64,000 bases of DNA from Amoebophrya sp. A120. Its lineage: Eukaryota > Protista > Dinoflagellata. The stretch is from NCBI GenBank assembly GCA_905178155.1, contig CAJINV010000014.1, positions 437,023-501,022 on the forward strand. The letters are read 5' to 3'. The position numbers were made by a program, and so were the translations under genes. Each line of letters opens with the position of its first letter. Position 1 is the stretch's first letter. This document shows, one piece after another, positions 12,527 to 26,080 of the stretch. The notes beneath the pieces were generated by a model. That model searched no databases, was not told where the DNA came from, and worked only from the letters and a program-made list of their open reading frames with translations.

Positions 12527-13750
12527 TCAGGTTTTGCTTGCGCTTGTACCGGTACCGCCTCCACCTGCTGTTGACCAGGGATTGCTGTTTCTGCTTCCAT
12601 ACACGTCCTCGACGCTCTTTGGGCGCTGTACTACCTGCATCTGTCGCAGTTCACGGAGGAGCTTCGCGTTTTCCTTCTGCAAAGGCTCCACGTTCGCCGG
12701 AGTTTGCGCCCGCAGCTTGGTTAACTCTTGGAACATGCTGATGTGTGAATCATGGATGTTATCATAACATATGGCAGATCTTATGCCATCTTCGTCGCAT
12801 GAACGTGAAAAAATTAGTGCAAGAATACTATTGATGGTCGGTATTCTAGCATCCGCATTCATAAAACCTATTGCTATCTTAATCTACCTTTACTTCACAG
12901 AGGAACGATAGTTCACTAACATCCTGCGTAACAACAATAAATTTCTACCTTGTCTTCTCCCTTTGCAGGCTACGAATCAGCATCTCCTTTTTCGCCAGAG
13001 TGGACTCGTGTGCCCGCTTTTCGGTCTCGAAGCTATATATTCTCGCCTGCGCTTCCTTCTTGTACTCGCTACCCATCAGAACCTTTTGGAGAGTAGTTGC
13101 AGGTGATGTTGAATTTATTTTCTGCTCAAGTACGAAGTGGTGGCGCGGCCGCTCAGCGAAAATGTTAAATGCCCGAGCCATGTTGATGCGCAGGGGCATG
13201 AGACTGGACTAGTAGTTCTACCCGATGGGAAGAAGGAAAATAATTTTCCTACGCCTGATGCAAGAACTGCAAGTAAAACGAGAACTACAACCAACCACAC
13301 ATGAAAGATTGAATAAACAGGACATCAAACAAGCAACTCTAGTACTTTGTGTTCCGCGACTTTCAATTTTCGTGCCAGCGCGTCCCTTTGGTCTTTGAGC
13401 ACGGAAAGTTTCGTGTTGCCCAGGTCCTTTTTCGTTCTCAGCCACGCGTTTTCGACGGCATAGTCCTCGGCCTCCATCGCCTTTCGCTCCAGATCCGTGG
13501 TGAGGTTTAGGATGTGCTGCTCCTTCAGATACCGCAGCTCTGGCACGAGCCGCTTCTCGATTGTCTCCTTGGCTTGTCGCGCGTCAAACTCCGCTTTGTT
13601 TTTCTCCTGTACCAGAATGTCGCTTTGCCGCTTCTGCTGTGTTAGTTGCGTTCGCAGAAATTCGTTGTTGTCGAGCGAGTCTTGGAGCTGCTGGGAAAGC
13701 TGCTGGTAGTATGGAAAGGAAGAGGAGGAAGAACAAAATGATGCAAACAA
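12527..13750 (-). CDS. Coiled-coil protein, 3 or more exons (~13330-13715, ~12945-13100, ~12527-12735); 5' end unresolved, may continue the 15000-21230 gene
   Basis: Consecutive minus-strand ORF segments with heptad-like, charged sequence (QQLQDSLDNNEFLRTQLTQQK, EYKKEAQARIYSFETEKR, FQELTKLR) separated by AT-rich gaps. Confidence 0.55.
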
Positions 13751-14999
13751 CTGGTCTAGTAATAGGTTTTCTTTTTAGTTTTACATGAGCGAGGGAACAA
13801 GGACGCTGCTGTCTATAATCTTGTAGCTGCAAAACACAAACAGAAAACTAGCTAGAGAGTAAGGTGATGCAGCATGTGCATGCTGAGCAAGGCAGCCGTA
13901 GACCACCACAGCACGGTGAGTAACAGTAAGCAGCATGGTATCTACAATTTCTTCGGCGCATCGAGGCGAACAGGGTATCTTTGTCTACCACAAACGCAGC
14001 ACAATTAAAGAGGTAGACCTTCTCCAGCAGCGAGCGACCTTCTAAAAATTTGCAGCACGAGTATAGCGTCGTGAGTAAGCTTATGCTCGATGGCGCGCTC
14101 GTTTTTACGACAATACGACTACGATACCATGGTGAGTAAGATTATCCAGCATGCTTCTCTTCACCATCATTCTGTCTCTTCTCCTCATCTGATAAGTTTT
14201 CGTCTTCCAGCTGTTTCCACTTGCCGCCAAGAAAAACCGACATCTTTTGATCTTATTTGCAAATGCTTTGTTCGGAGGATGGTTCTGATGCTACTCTTTC
14301 TTTAATACAATCACCCAAAGAATAAACACGCTTAAGCCTTGTTTTTTCTGCTTTTTTGTAAAGATAAAGGTCGTGATTGCGCGCACACACAAAGAGCGAC
14401 GCATCAAATCTCCTGCTTGTAGTGCTCAAAGGGCAAGCACAGCGGCCATTTTGCAGTATCTCTCTCGACACCCAGCTGACCCAACGAGCATGTTTTGACA
14501 ATGTCTTCCACTCTACTCCGCGAGCTGAGTAAATTGATACCCGGTTTGATGCAACGTGGTTTTTCAGTCGTTGTGTCATATGTCGAGGAAATCCGTTCGC
14601 AGACGACCGCTTTTAAAACCTGACGGAACCACAAAAAGACAAAACACGAAGTTTGCTGCAGACAACACTGCAGGACGAACACATACAACATGAAAGTGTT
14701 ATCGCGGTCGCGCTTGATTGATAAAGACCGATGCACCTATGAGAAGAACATCATCATTTCAAAATAGAACAATAGAGCAGCTGCAGCTTTTGCTTTTGCG
14801 TGCTGCGCCCGAAACCAGATGAGGTGTGAAGAACTTCTTGGCGCCCTCTGCTACGATATTTCAAAAATGGCATACATATACAGAAGATACGAAACAGTAC
14901 TTACAGTTGGTTGCCTTTCCGGCGGAGCCGTTCAGTTGGAGTGGATCCAAAATCGGGGCCTCGACTCGGCTACTGCCTTTACACAACTCTTGTTCACGT

Positions 15000-17900
15000 T
15001 CACAAAAGGTCGTAGCGGGCAAGAATGTCGATCGGCATGGGACGAGTAGCCCGGGCTCTGTCTGTCTCGTTGTGAGGATTCTTGTCGACGTGTTTCACGT
15101 TGTTCCTTCGCAGCTGGTGCCAGTCCGTCCTCTGTCCCCGCGGGGGTCCTCGTGGTCCACCTTCCGGTCCAAACTCGGCCAAAAGCTGCTGTCGCGACCA
15201 CAAGGCGTAAAAAATCATACTCAGGCCGAGAAGAAACAGAAAAAGGCAGAAGCGGCTCATGGAAAAGCAGCTTCTTGTGCCGGTTGTTCTCCAGCCTGAT
15301 GATCGCGGTCCTACTTCTATCGGGGAAATAAATCCTTGTCCTCCACAGCTGGTGCTTTCCAACATCTCGGCAAGATTCGCTGGGGTTGTAACTCCTGCTG
15401 TCGCAGCTACCTCGTCGTGCTCGTGCGCAGTAAAAACGTCCATCTGGTGCAGCTGCTCCAGGGTAGTTTTACTAGGTGTGGATGGTGACCTCCACACAGC
15501 GTCATCTTGTGCTAGCAGCTGGTGGTCTTGTTGCTTGTTGAACTTCACTGCTTCCACCTCCACGCTCGTCTTAATCGTCGGGGAAAGAGCAAAGTCGTGA
15601 TGCAGTTCGCTTTCCTCTGTAGAAGTCCGATCAAGATTTAGATTTTTTCCTTCACCAAGTGATAGAGGGTTTTTTTCTTCACGGCCATGACTCTCCATCA
15701 TCGCCCGCGCCCTCTGCAGCTCTCCGGCCTCGTCTTCTGCTTCTTCTGCAACGCTGACCCTGAAGGAGCTTTTTTCATCGATTATTGCGTCATGGATTTT
15801 TCCCTGTGGCGAACTGCAAGAGCCGCGTTGCGATCCACAATCATCTAAATTTTCCATGCGCAGGTCCAGCACCTCTCCGGCCAGCAGCATCTTTTTTACC
15901 TGCTCTGTTACGAGCTGCTGGAGGTGTGCTTCATCGAGCGAAGGCGGTTGAAAGTTGTCTGATATGCACGAAGTCTTACGCGGCAAACAACCTGGTGTGT
16001 TCTCTACTGCTCCATCGTGCTGCTGTAGTTGAGCCTGCTGTTGATGGTGTTCCGGAAAAAACAGCACCCGCGGAGTCGGTTTTGGATAAAACTCATTCTC
16101 GCTTTTATTTTCGCGATGCCTTAGTAAGACACTGCTTCTTGTTGACGCATCCAGCAGGGTAGTGGTCTCACCGACTGCCGCCGCTTTGTCTTTCGAATCA
16201 GTCGCAGCAGTGGTCCCGGTGAAAATCGCAGAACTGGTAAGCGGTCTCAAGTATGATTTATTTCCGTCGCAGTGCATCAATGAAGCTGGAGCTGCCCCCT
16301 CTTGCTCACCTACGACAGAATAGCGGCAACTCGCCCCTGAAATGTCAAAATCAACAACTGGATCATCACTAGAGCTACTACCCGCAGCTTTTGGACTTGG
16401 AGTGGACGTAATCACCACCTGGCCCGACTGGTTCAGGGACTGGATAATCTTCGGCAAAAGCTTTTCGATTAAAGCCACGTGCTGCTGATTTGCGGCTTCC
16501 GCAGTTATTGCAGCTGTTCCGGTTCTACTTTCGGTTTCGTTATTCTTAGTGAGGGAAGTAGACGATGATGTTGTGGTCGTACAGCGAGCAGTTGTTTCCA
16601 CAAACGGAGAAGTTTCGTGCCTTTTGTCCACAAGGCGCGGTGTGATGAAGGAGTTTGGTGGAAGGTTCAACATTTTTCCGGCGCAAAGTGTGGAAGAAGG
16701 CGGTAATTTTGTCGCGCCGACACTGTTCCTTGGAAAGGATGTGGAATGAGGAACCCCACCGTGGTTCTGATGCTGCTTTATCAGCCCAGGAGTCTGTTGA
16801 GAGTCCTGCTCGCTGCAGTCGTTGATATCACAACTACCCGCTGACGAAAAGAAGATACCGGTACTTTTGGAATCGGACGAGGAATAAACTTCATCTTCGT
16901 AAAACACGACCGCACGAGCAGCCCCCGGGTGCTGCTGCACCTCCAATTCGTGCAGCTCAGACATACTCGGCTGCAACTCTCCTACGGCGGGAATTTGGGG
17001 CATCAGCATAGAAGAGTGGTCCAGCATCTGGGTAGACTCGTTCGCATCGGAGGTCACGTCCATTTGAGAAGTGCTTGTATCATTTTGGGGCACTTGCGAG
17101 ATGAACTGCTCGTCCGTGCAGCTAGAGGACGAGACCGCGATCGTTTTCATCACGTCCGCCTCCTCTTCTTCCTGAAATAAAGCACCACTGTTGCAGCTTT
17201 CCATACTCGGAGATGACGCAATTTTTCCAAAAGTGCAGGCATTGCGCGTCCTCGACTGCATCTCGATCGGATTTTTGCTATCATCACTTGATGATTTTCC
17301 AACACTGCGGCCGGCAACACGTTTTTCGTCATGTGGGTGGCTCGGCAGCATCTTCGTCGCCGGTCTTTCGTCCCCATGTGAAGCACTTGTCGGAAGCTGC
17401 AACGCGGCCGAGCTACTCCAGTGAAGCAGCATGGCAGCGTCGACGCTTCCTTCTTCTCTTTGGTGTTCCAACTGAGAAGATGACGTGGGGCTACACATCA
17501 CACGCAGAGAATTTAGTTCGCCAGCAGTTCTTCCCTCAGCTGACTGGTCAGGGCGGTGCGCGTGCGTCCCCGCTGGGGGGCTTTGAGTTTGACCAGTATG
17601 ATTCCCATTAATGTCCTCGTCCAAAGCCGCGGCACTACTTGATTTGTGCTTGTTGTTGGAAACAACGGTACTACTATGGCGGCGTCAACAATCTCACCAC
17701 TATAGTATATCAAAAAAAAATTCATATCGTATTTATGTAGCACCTATTTTGAGCTACCACTTTAAAATAGATATGCAATAGTAGCGACTTTGAGCTAGCT
17801 GCCTTGAGCTAGCTAATTCTTCCTCCTCTTTACCAACGCGCAAGCCTCAAAAAGCGCGCTTTTTCTGCTATCCTTCCAAATTTAGCACCGCTGCTAGTGA

Positions 17901-20900
17901 GCTTCGAGCCTAGTTTTTTTCGATAACGTGCTCACTTTTTGGAGGACGTCCCCCGAGGTCGTCAATCTCAGTTCAAAAAGTGCTCGCTTGAGCACAACAA
18001 ATCCTGGCCATTTTGGAGAACCGTGGGAAAACGTGGCGCGCCAAGAGATGAATGATGAAGTAGAAACGATATAATTTTTTTTTTGATATACTATGGTGGT
18101 GAGATTGTTGACGCCGCCATAACTACTGCTCTTTCCGAGAACGTTATACCCCGAGGCCGTTTTCAAGGTGGAAGTCGAAGTCTGCGAGTAGGAGGTTCGC
18201 GGTTCTCGCAGTGGCACTCTGGTGTTGTTGTAAAACGCATAGTTCGACGACGCCGTACAGTGCAGCTCGTGCTGCTGCTCTTGTTGCAAGCCTGCACAAC
18301 TGCTGCCCATCAGTAAGTCATCCTGATTTATTCCTGTGACACAATTACCACTCTGCTGTTGAAGCTGATCCTCCAAAAAATGCCCCGGACGCTGCAGCAG
18401 CGGTTGCGTGCGCGCTTCTTGTTGCTCGCTGTATGACACAACATAATGACCACCACCCGACGGAAGTAGACCTTGAGACTGCCGCTCCATTCTCAGCATC
18501 ATGTCCGTGTCGTGCGAGGGACAGGATGAACGCTGATCAAGAAAAAGAACCCCGGGATCATCATGATGATGACCCTGAATAAAATGCGCACCACGGGGAG
18601 AACTGCCACCAGCAGAGGACTGGGTTGCCGCCAAAGCAGTAGATAGCGCTTGTTGATGCAGCAACTGCATTCGTGGTACTAGCGCTTGTTGCTTCATCTC
18701 CATAGCAACTTGATGCTGGTGGTTCAAGTGCATCAGGTTGCTGGCTTGTTCCTTTTGCACCATATTATCCCGCACCACAGCCCCCGGACAGCACGACGCG
18801 AGGGCCATACTATTTCGCAGGGTCTTAATTTCCTCTTCCAATAAATGAACCTTTGTGTTCATTTTTTCCTCCTGTAGCTTTTTTTCAACCGCTTTCTCCA
18901 CATAAAACTGGTTCAGAAGATACGAATGCTGGTGGTCTTCTTGCTGGCCTGTCGTGTTCCTCCTGTGCGGAAGTAGATGAAGATTCTGGTCGTGCGACAG
19001 TCGTTGTTGAGGAGAGTTGCTGTTGTACTTGTTCCCTGTCCGAGAAGATTGGTGCTCTGCTTGACGCCGCGGTCCACGGACTTCATGTGCTGTCCCTTGT
19101 CGATGCTGGTGATCCAGCAGCAACACCTCTTGCACTTCATCCGGTGCTGGTCGCGCTTTGGGGTGAAGAGAGGTGGTGGACGAGACAGCTGTACAAGCAG
19201 AAAGCGACAACCGTGAGGACGCTTCTTCGCGTTGGTGCAACTGCCTCGGTGATCGGCAGGTTCGATCTGGTTCCACCTCGGAATAAGACGATTTTTCGAA
19301 CACTGTCGCAGCAGTAGTTCCTCCTCTTTCTGGTCCATCGGGCGAAGATATTAGCGGTTCGTTTAGTCTTGGCTTTCGCTTCCTGCTATGATCCGTTTCC
19401 AAACCGCGAACAGACCCAGGTCCGCGATGCGAAGACACAAAGACATGACCATCTTCCCTCTGGACGACGCCATTGCCTTCTCGCCGGAGCAGTCGTCGCT
19501 TCTCGTACTCCTGCTGCGTCTCGTCCCTATTGCTACTGCATCCTAGAGAGGACCTAGACATCAAAATGGCCGACGAAGAGTTGTTCTTTTGCTTTTGCAT
19601 ATTATTTACGATCGCACTTCCAGCACCAAGCTCTTCGTCCTCTTCCAGATCCAACAGTGACGTTCTGGAGTTCACCACACGCAACACGACTGGCGCTTTC
19701 ATGTCATCAACCTTTGCGACTGTTCCTGTAGCGAGAATCGGATTCATTTTACTGCCGGTGGATGTAGTTCCCTGCTGGAAGGTCTGGGATTGTTCTTGCG
19801 AAGCTCCCGTACCTGAATGCGAAGATGAAAAGTCCCTTTCTACTGCTCCCGCGTGCGGGTGCAGATCATGGCGGTCGTACACACGAACAACAGCAGAGGG
19901 GGTTTCTGCATAGTGATCTTCGTGAGCCGCTTTTAGTTTTACCCCGCCCTCGTGATCTTGCGGCGATTGTTGTCCTTCTAGCTGCCGCCCCTTCCTCGGC
20001 ACGACCGATAGAATCACGTTCTTGCAGTCTTCGTGGTTTTCTTGTCCTGGTCTGTTCTCGAACTCCTGTGGCGTCGGCACGACGCGAAGCTGACACTGAC
20101 TCGTCCCCGTACTGCTTGCAGCTCGCCGAAAATTGAAATTGGTATCAGTCCTGCTCGGTGTTTTTGCTTCTCCTACTCCAAAAGAGAGTGGCGTGGTGAC
20201 CACGCCACTCTTCGGAGAAGATATTGCGAGTGCGGGATCGTCCTGTTGTACCAACCCGCGGTTCATCGGTGATGAGACTAGCTCGTTGCAACTTGCGGAA
20301 GAGACTGAAGTTGAGGACAAGTTTGTGGTGTCCGAGGGCTTAACAGCTGGTCCAGCAGCACCCATCTTGCCCAACCCACCTTGTTGCTGCTGCGGCGCTG
20401 TCGGCCGGCGGATCCGGGATCTTTTCCGCAGTTCCTCCTCCTCCCGGGCCTCGCGCCACTTTTCCTGCGCCAGCTCCTGGTTGCGCTTGCGCTGCTCCTC
20501 CTGAAGTCGCCGCTTCTCCGCGTGTTTGTTGAAGTAGGTCGCTTTGGAGGTAGTTTTCTCGCTGGACGTGTTCGGAAACGGAATGCTCCACGCGGCCGGT
20601 TTGGAGCTGCCTGATGAAAGGTCGTTGCTCTTTATTTCGTCGCTCTTATTTTCAACAAGATCACCCGTTCTCTTGTGCCCTGGTTGATAATGTTTACCTT
20701 GTTGCCCCGACGTACCTACATCAAGAACGGTTCCACCCTTCGGGCAGCCCGGCCCGGTTTTCATTTTGCTGTTGGTGGCCACGTTCGAAGTATCCTGGTC
20801 CGCCTTCATATTTCGGGGTAACGTTGAAGATGCGTTCTGCTCCCAACTTGCTTTAGTGCCACCAGCACCTCCGCGTGGAAAAAAATTTTGGTTGAACTCC

Positions 20901-21230
20901 GTACTCAGTCGCAGATTCGCCTGCTCTTCCTCCAATCGGTCTTTTTTGTCTTGTAACCGCTTCTGCTCCCGCTCCCGGATCTGCTGTCGGATATGCAATA
21001 CAGATTTACTGCACGTGCACACGTACAAAATGCATCACACTAATGTTCAGAAACTCAAGTCATGCAGTCAAGTGTCATGCTCAGTAGGCTTGCAGAAACA
21101 TCGTTTTGTTGTGCGGAAGCGCAAATTGCATGCTGTGTACGAAAACAAATCTACTGTTGATATCGGAGTTCCTCGCCGTAGGCGAGCCGGGACCGCGGTG
21201 GACTACGGTCGATCAGGGACATTGCTTTTG
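15000..21230 (-). CDS. Large low-complexity protein with an N-terminal coiled coil and a C-terminal TM segment; unknown function
   Basis: ORFs 17894-21028 and 15000-17624 join in frame after removing the introner at 17675-18121 plus one ACTAC (…GKSSS|TVVSNNK…). Likely short first exon ~21153-21225 (MSLIDRSPPRSRLAYGEELRYQ). TM segment FCLFLFLLGLSMIFYALW. Confidence 0.7.
17675..18121. mobile_element. Introner, TAT…ATA type, ~55-bp TIR, 5-bp TSD ACTAC
   Basis: tatggcggcgtcaacaatctcaccac… and …ggtgagattgttgacgccgccata; ACTAC at 17670-17674 and 18122-18126; removing 452 nt restores the frame. Confidence 0.9.
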
Positions 21231-21929
21231 ATGTTGAAGCGAACGTGGAGTAAATTACTTTGTTCAACAGTAAATAAATATGATGTACAAAAAGCAAAAC
21301 GATTCTTTTTGACAAATTGAACGAAAGAAGATAACCTCGCTTGCCTGCTGTTTTTGTTGTGGTTTTCCCAGTAGCATCAATAACTTGGCGGAAGCAAAAA
21401 AATATCATGCCGGCTGAGACGGCAAAAACGTGTTTCGACTTGTTCCGATGCAATGCAACAATAACTAATACAACTCGTCATCAGCTGGTTACTTGTTTCT
21501 AACTTGTTCGTGACACCTCGCACGCAGCTGGCAGCACACACGGCATTTCGTCGTGCTGCCACTGTTTTTGATCTTTTATCAACAATTGTAGCGGCAGTAA
21601 ATGAATCTTCAGTAAAGATATGCGTTACTCATTGCAAAAGTCCAGTGCGCCAATGATATTCAAAAGCAAAATCTTTGAAGAGTATCACGATGAAGAAAAA
21701 ATACTTTTCTTTATACTTCGAACATTACCAAAAAGATAATCTTGAAAGCAAAAAAACACATATTTGCGTGACGGCTACAAAAGGTAGACCTTAAACATGT
21801 GCGGCTGTGAGCCTGGTGTCTCATGTCTCATGTCTTGGAGCCGTGTCATGACATGAGGACACGAACATGGACATGACACGGCCGTTTTCATGTCCATGTC
21901 TTCATGTCCCGACATCCCAAACCAGGACA

Positions 21930-23620
21930 TGAGACATGAGACATGAGACATGAGACATGGCCAATGTTCATGCTCATGTCCCATGTCCGCGACACGAGAC
22001 ATGAGACATGGCCATCCGCGGCCGACTCTGGTCCAGACCGGAAGACATGAGACATGGGACATGGCGTTCTCATGTCTCATGTCTCGTGTCCCAAGACATG
22101 AGACATGAGACATGGCCATCCGCGGCTGACTCTGGTCCAGACCGGAAGACATGAGACATGAGACATGGGACATGGCGTTCTCATGTCTCATGTCCCAAGA
22201 CATGAGACATGAGACATGGCCATCCGCGGCCGACTCTGGTCCAGACCGGAAGACATGAGACATGAGACATGGGACATGGCGTTCTCATGTCTCATGTCTC
22301 GTGTCCCAAGACATGAGACATGAGACATGGCCATCCGCGGCCGACTCTGGTCCAGACCGGAAGACATGAGACATGAGACATGGGACATGGCGTTCTCATG
22401 TCTCATGTCTCGTGTCCCAAGACATGAGACATGAGACATGGCCATCCGCGGCCGACTCTGGTCCAGACCGGAAGACATGAGACATGGGACATGGCGTTCT
22501 CATGTCTCATGTCTCGTGTCCCAAGACATGAGACATGAGACATGGCCATCCGCGGCCGACTCTGGTCCAGACCGGAAGACATGAGACATGAGACATGGGA
22601 CATGGCGTTCTCATGTCTCATGTCTCGTGTCCCAAGACATGAGACATGAGACATGGCCATCCGCGGCCGACTCTGGTCCAGACCGGAAGACATGAGACAT
22701 GAGACATGGGACATGGCGTTCTCATGTCTCATGTCTCGTGTCCCAAGACATGAGACATGAGACATGGCCATCCGCGGCCGACTCTGGTCCAGACCGGAAG
22801 ACATGAGACATGGGACACGGCGTTCTCATGTCTCATGTCTCGTGTCCCAAGACATGAGACATGAGACATGGCCATCCGCGGCCGACTCTGGTCCAGACCG
22901 GAAGACATGAGACATGAGACATGGGACATGGCGTTCTCATGTCTCATGTCTTGTGTCCCAAGACATGAGACATGAGACATGGCCATCCGCGGCCGACTCT
23001 GGTCCAGACCGGAAGACATGAGACATGGGACACGGCGTTCTCATGTCTCATGTCTCGTGTCCCAAGACATGAGACATGAGACATGGCCATCCGCGGCCGA
23101 CTCTGGTCCAGACCGGAAGACATGAGACATGAGACACGGGACATGGCGTTCTCATGTCTCATGTCTTGTGTCTCGTGTCCCAAGACATGAGACATGGGAC
23201 ATGGCCATCCGCGGCCGACTCTGGCTAAGGCCGGAAGACATGAGACATGAGACATGGGACATGGCGTCCCCATGTCTCATGTCTCGTGTCCCAAGACACA
23301 AGACATGAGACATGCGACATGAGACATGACCGCCCGCGGCCGACTCTGGTCCAGGCCGGAAGACATGAGACATGAGACATGGGACATGATGTTCTCGCGT
23401 CTCATGTCTCGTGTCTCAAGACACAAGACATGAGACATGGGCATCCGCGGCTGACTCTGGTCCAGGCCGGAAGACATGAGACATGGGACATGGTGTTCCT
23501 ATGTCGCATGTCTTGTGTCTCGTGTCCCAAGACATGAGACATGGGACACGACCGCCCGCGGCCGACTCTGGTTCAGGCCGGAAGACATGAGACATGGGAC
23601 ATGGCGTTCCCATGTTTCGT
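21930..23620. repeat. CATG-rich tandem array, ~15 units of 104/111 bp built from GACATGA heptamers in both orientations
   Basis: Unit ggccatccgcggccgactctggtccagaccggaagacatgagacatg…; length variants differ by one 7-mer; central copies are homogeneous and edge copies diverged. Confidence 0.95.
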
Positions 23621-23739
23621 CCTGGGATGTCGGGAATGGGACACCCATTTCACCAACCAACCCAACCAAACCTCAACCAACCCACGCGAAGTGTCGCCAC
23701 CAGACCATCCGGCCGCGAGCGACCGATGCTGCCCCAAGC

Positions 23740-24630
23740 TGCAGCTGGCTCCTCTGGCCGCCCCTGACCAGACGACTCGTGCCGCTGCTGGCCCGAGCCG
23801 CCTCTGGCTCGTCTGGCCGCCCCTGACTCGGAGGCCGCCGCTAGCCCGAGGGCCTCGCGCCGCCGCTGACCCGAGCCGCCGCTGGCTCGTCTGGCCGCCC
23901 CTGACCCGACGGCTCGTGCCGCCGCTGGCCCGAGCCGCTGGCGCATCGTGGGCCGCCGCTGGCTCGTCTGACCGCCCCTGACTCGGAGGCCGCCGCCAGC
24001 CCGAGGGCCTCGTGCCGCCGCTGACCCGAGCCGCCGCTGGCTCGTCTGGCCGCCCCTGACCCGACGGCCCGTGCCGCCGCTGGCCCGAGCCGCTGGCGCA
24101 TCGTGGGCCGCCGCTGGCTCGTCTGACCGCCCCTGACTCGGAGGCCGCCGCCAACCCGAGGGCCTCGTGCCGCCGCTGACCCGAGCCGCCGCTGGCTCGT
24201 CTGGCCGCCCCTGACCCGACGGCTCGTGCCGCCGCTGGCCCGAGCCGCTGGCGCATCGTGGGCCGCCGCTGGCTCGTCTGACCGCCCCTGACTCGGAGGC
24301 CGCCGCTAACCCGAGGGCCTCGTGCCGCCGCTGACGGAACCGAGCCGCCGCTGGCTCGTCTGGCCGCCCCTGGCCCGACGGCTCGTGCCGCCGCTGGCCT
24401 GAGCCGCTGGCGCATCGTGGGCCGCCGCTGGCTCGTCTGTCTGACCGCCCCTGACTCGGAAGCCGCCGCTAGACCGAGGGGGGGCCTCGTGCCGCCGCTG
24501 ACCCGAGCCGCCACTGGCTCGTCTCATGTCTCATGTCTGCGCTGACCGCGTGCCGCCGCTGACCCGAGCCGAGGGCCTCGTGCCGCCGCTGACGCGTGCC
24601 GCCGCTGACCCGAGCCGCCACTGGCCCGTC
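23740..24630. repeat. GC-rich tandem array, ~155-bp unit, ~5 copies
   Basis: gcgcatcgtg recurs at 23941, 24096, 24251 and 24410; units are made of gccgccgctg / cccgagcc sub-repeats. Confidence 0.95.
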
Positions 24631-25507
24631 TCATGAGATGTCATGCGCCATGTCTCGTGTCTCGTGTCCTAGGGCACGAGACACGGGACATGGAGATGCC
24701 ATGTCCCGTGTCCCATGTCTCGTGTCCTGGGACACGAGACATGGGACACGGACACGGACACACGGCGATGTCATGCCCCATGTCTCATGTCTTGGGACAT
24801 GGAGATGCCATGTCCCGTGTCTCATGTCTCATGTCCTGGGACACGAGACATGGGACACGGACACGGCGAAGTCGTGTCTCATGTCTCATGTCCTGGGACA
24901 CGAGACACGAGACATGGGACACGGACACGGCGATGTCATGTCTCATGTCCTGAGACACGAGACATGGGACATGGGACACGGCGATGTCATGTCCCATGTC
25001 TCATGTCTTGTGTCCTACAGCCTCAGCCAGAAAGTGTCGCGGATGCCCATGTCTCATGTCTCATGTCCTGACTTTCGGGTCCACCAAGACATGAGACATG
25101 GGACATGAGCAGATCATGTTCCTCCGACCCAGGGCCGGTACGTGTCGGGACATGAAGACATGGACATGAAAACGGCCGTGTCATGTCCATGTTCGTGTCC
25201 TCATGTCATGACACGGCTCCAAGACATGAGACATGAGACACCAGGCTCACAGCCGCACATACCCTAGACCTTAGGACGTCGGACGCAAATTCATCACGAA
25301 TTCCATTGACAACTACATTTACAAAAAAATAATCACCGCGAGCCGATCATTTACAAACTTACGACCGCTTTTGGCGCGCTTTGATTACCAGATTTGATCA
25401 CGCATTTGGTGTGACGAGGAAAATCTAAATTATCTACAACTCGAACGAAGGAGTACATTCCTTATTAAATTAGAGCCACACATCATCCTGAAAACCGAAA
25501 ATTTTTT

Positions 25508-26080
25508 CCATTCACGACTGCGAAAAGCCATGCGATCTGTCCACGAACACACGAACCTAACTTCCATCGGATCTCGGAAGTGGTTCTGATTCAGATTCCG
25601 CTTATCTGTAGAATCGATGTCGCGCTATTGCTGTTGCGTATGCGTAAAAAGCAGATTATAAAACAAGGTGCTCGTCTCTCTGGGTCTGAAAGTACACACA
25701 ATTTTAAGCTCAAGAGTTCGTCCCTTCCTGTTGCACCGGAAGGCGATAGTACGCCGTCAAAAACTAGTGCTATGAATGCTCTGCAGCGAGCGCGAAAGCT
25801 GTAGCAACAGGAGGAGTGCTGGCCTCTACTTCTTTATTCACTGATGCTGCTGTGGTACTACAACTTGCTGGTGCTGCGAAGGTTGTCCACCAGTTCCATC
25901 AGGACCAGTTCCCCTACCTCCGACACTGCTATAATCGCTGTTGTTTCCGCCGCTGGAGCTTATTACACTCGTCCCTCGAGGACTACTGTTAAGTCGCAAG
26001 CTAAACTTGTTCACTTTTCAGAGTCAGAGGGCGGCTGGTGGTGCTGCTGCGTCGTGTCCATTTGTCTTCCTGCTCCACCT
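25508..26080 (-). pseudogene. Degraded copy of the 3' coding end and 3' flank of the 28789-34141 gene
   Basis: Aligns to ~28486-28990 (e.g. gtggtactacaacttgctggtgctgcgaaggtt; gtcgcgctattgctgttgcgt). Encodes …GTGGQPSQHQQVVVPQQHQ* but has stops and frameshifts upstream. Confidence 0.7.

Larger units (their letters stand above)
21794..25264. mobile_element. Mutator-like / foldback non-autonomous DNA transposon filled with satellite arrays
   Basis: 118-bp TIR (21797-21914 vs 25143-25260); 9-bp direct repeat TAGACCTTA at 21785-21793 and 25265-25273; no transposase ORF. Confidence 0.85.

Noticed and set aside
21930-23620. Regular repeat array that could be mistaken for a CRISPR array, and its MSHVSCL-type ORFs
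   Set aside because: Whole units repeat with no unique spacers, no cas genes are nearby, the context is eukaryotic, and the ORFs are translations of the satellite.
23476-25108. ORFs up to 313 aa inside the TIR element as a possible transposase
   Set aside because: They are translations of GC-rich tandem repeats with no DDE motifs.
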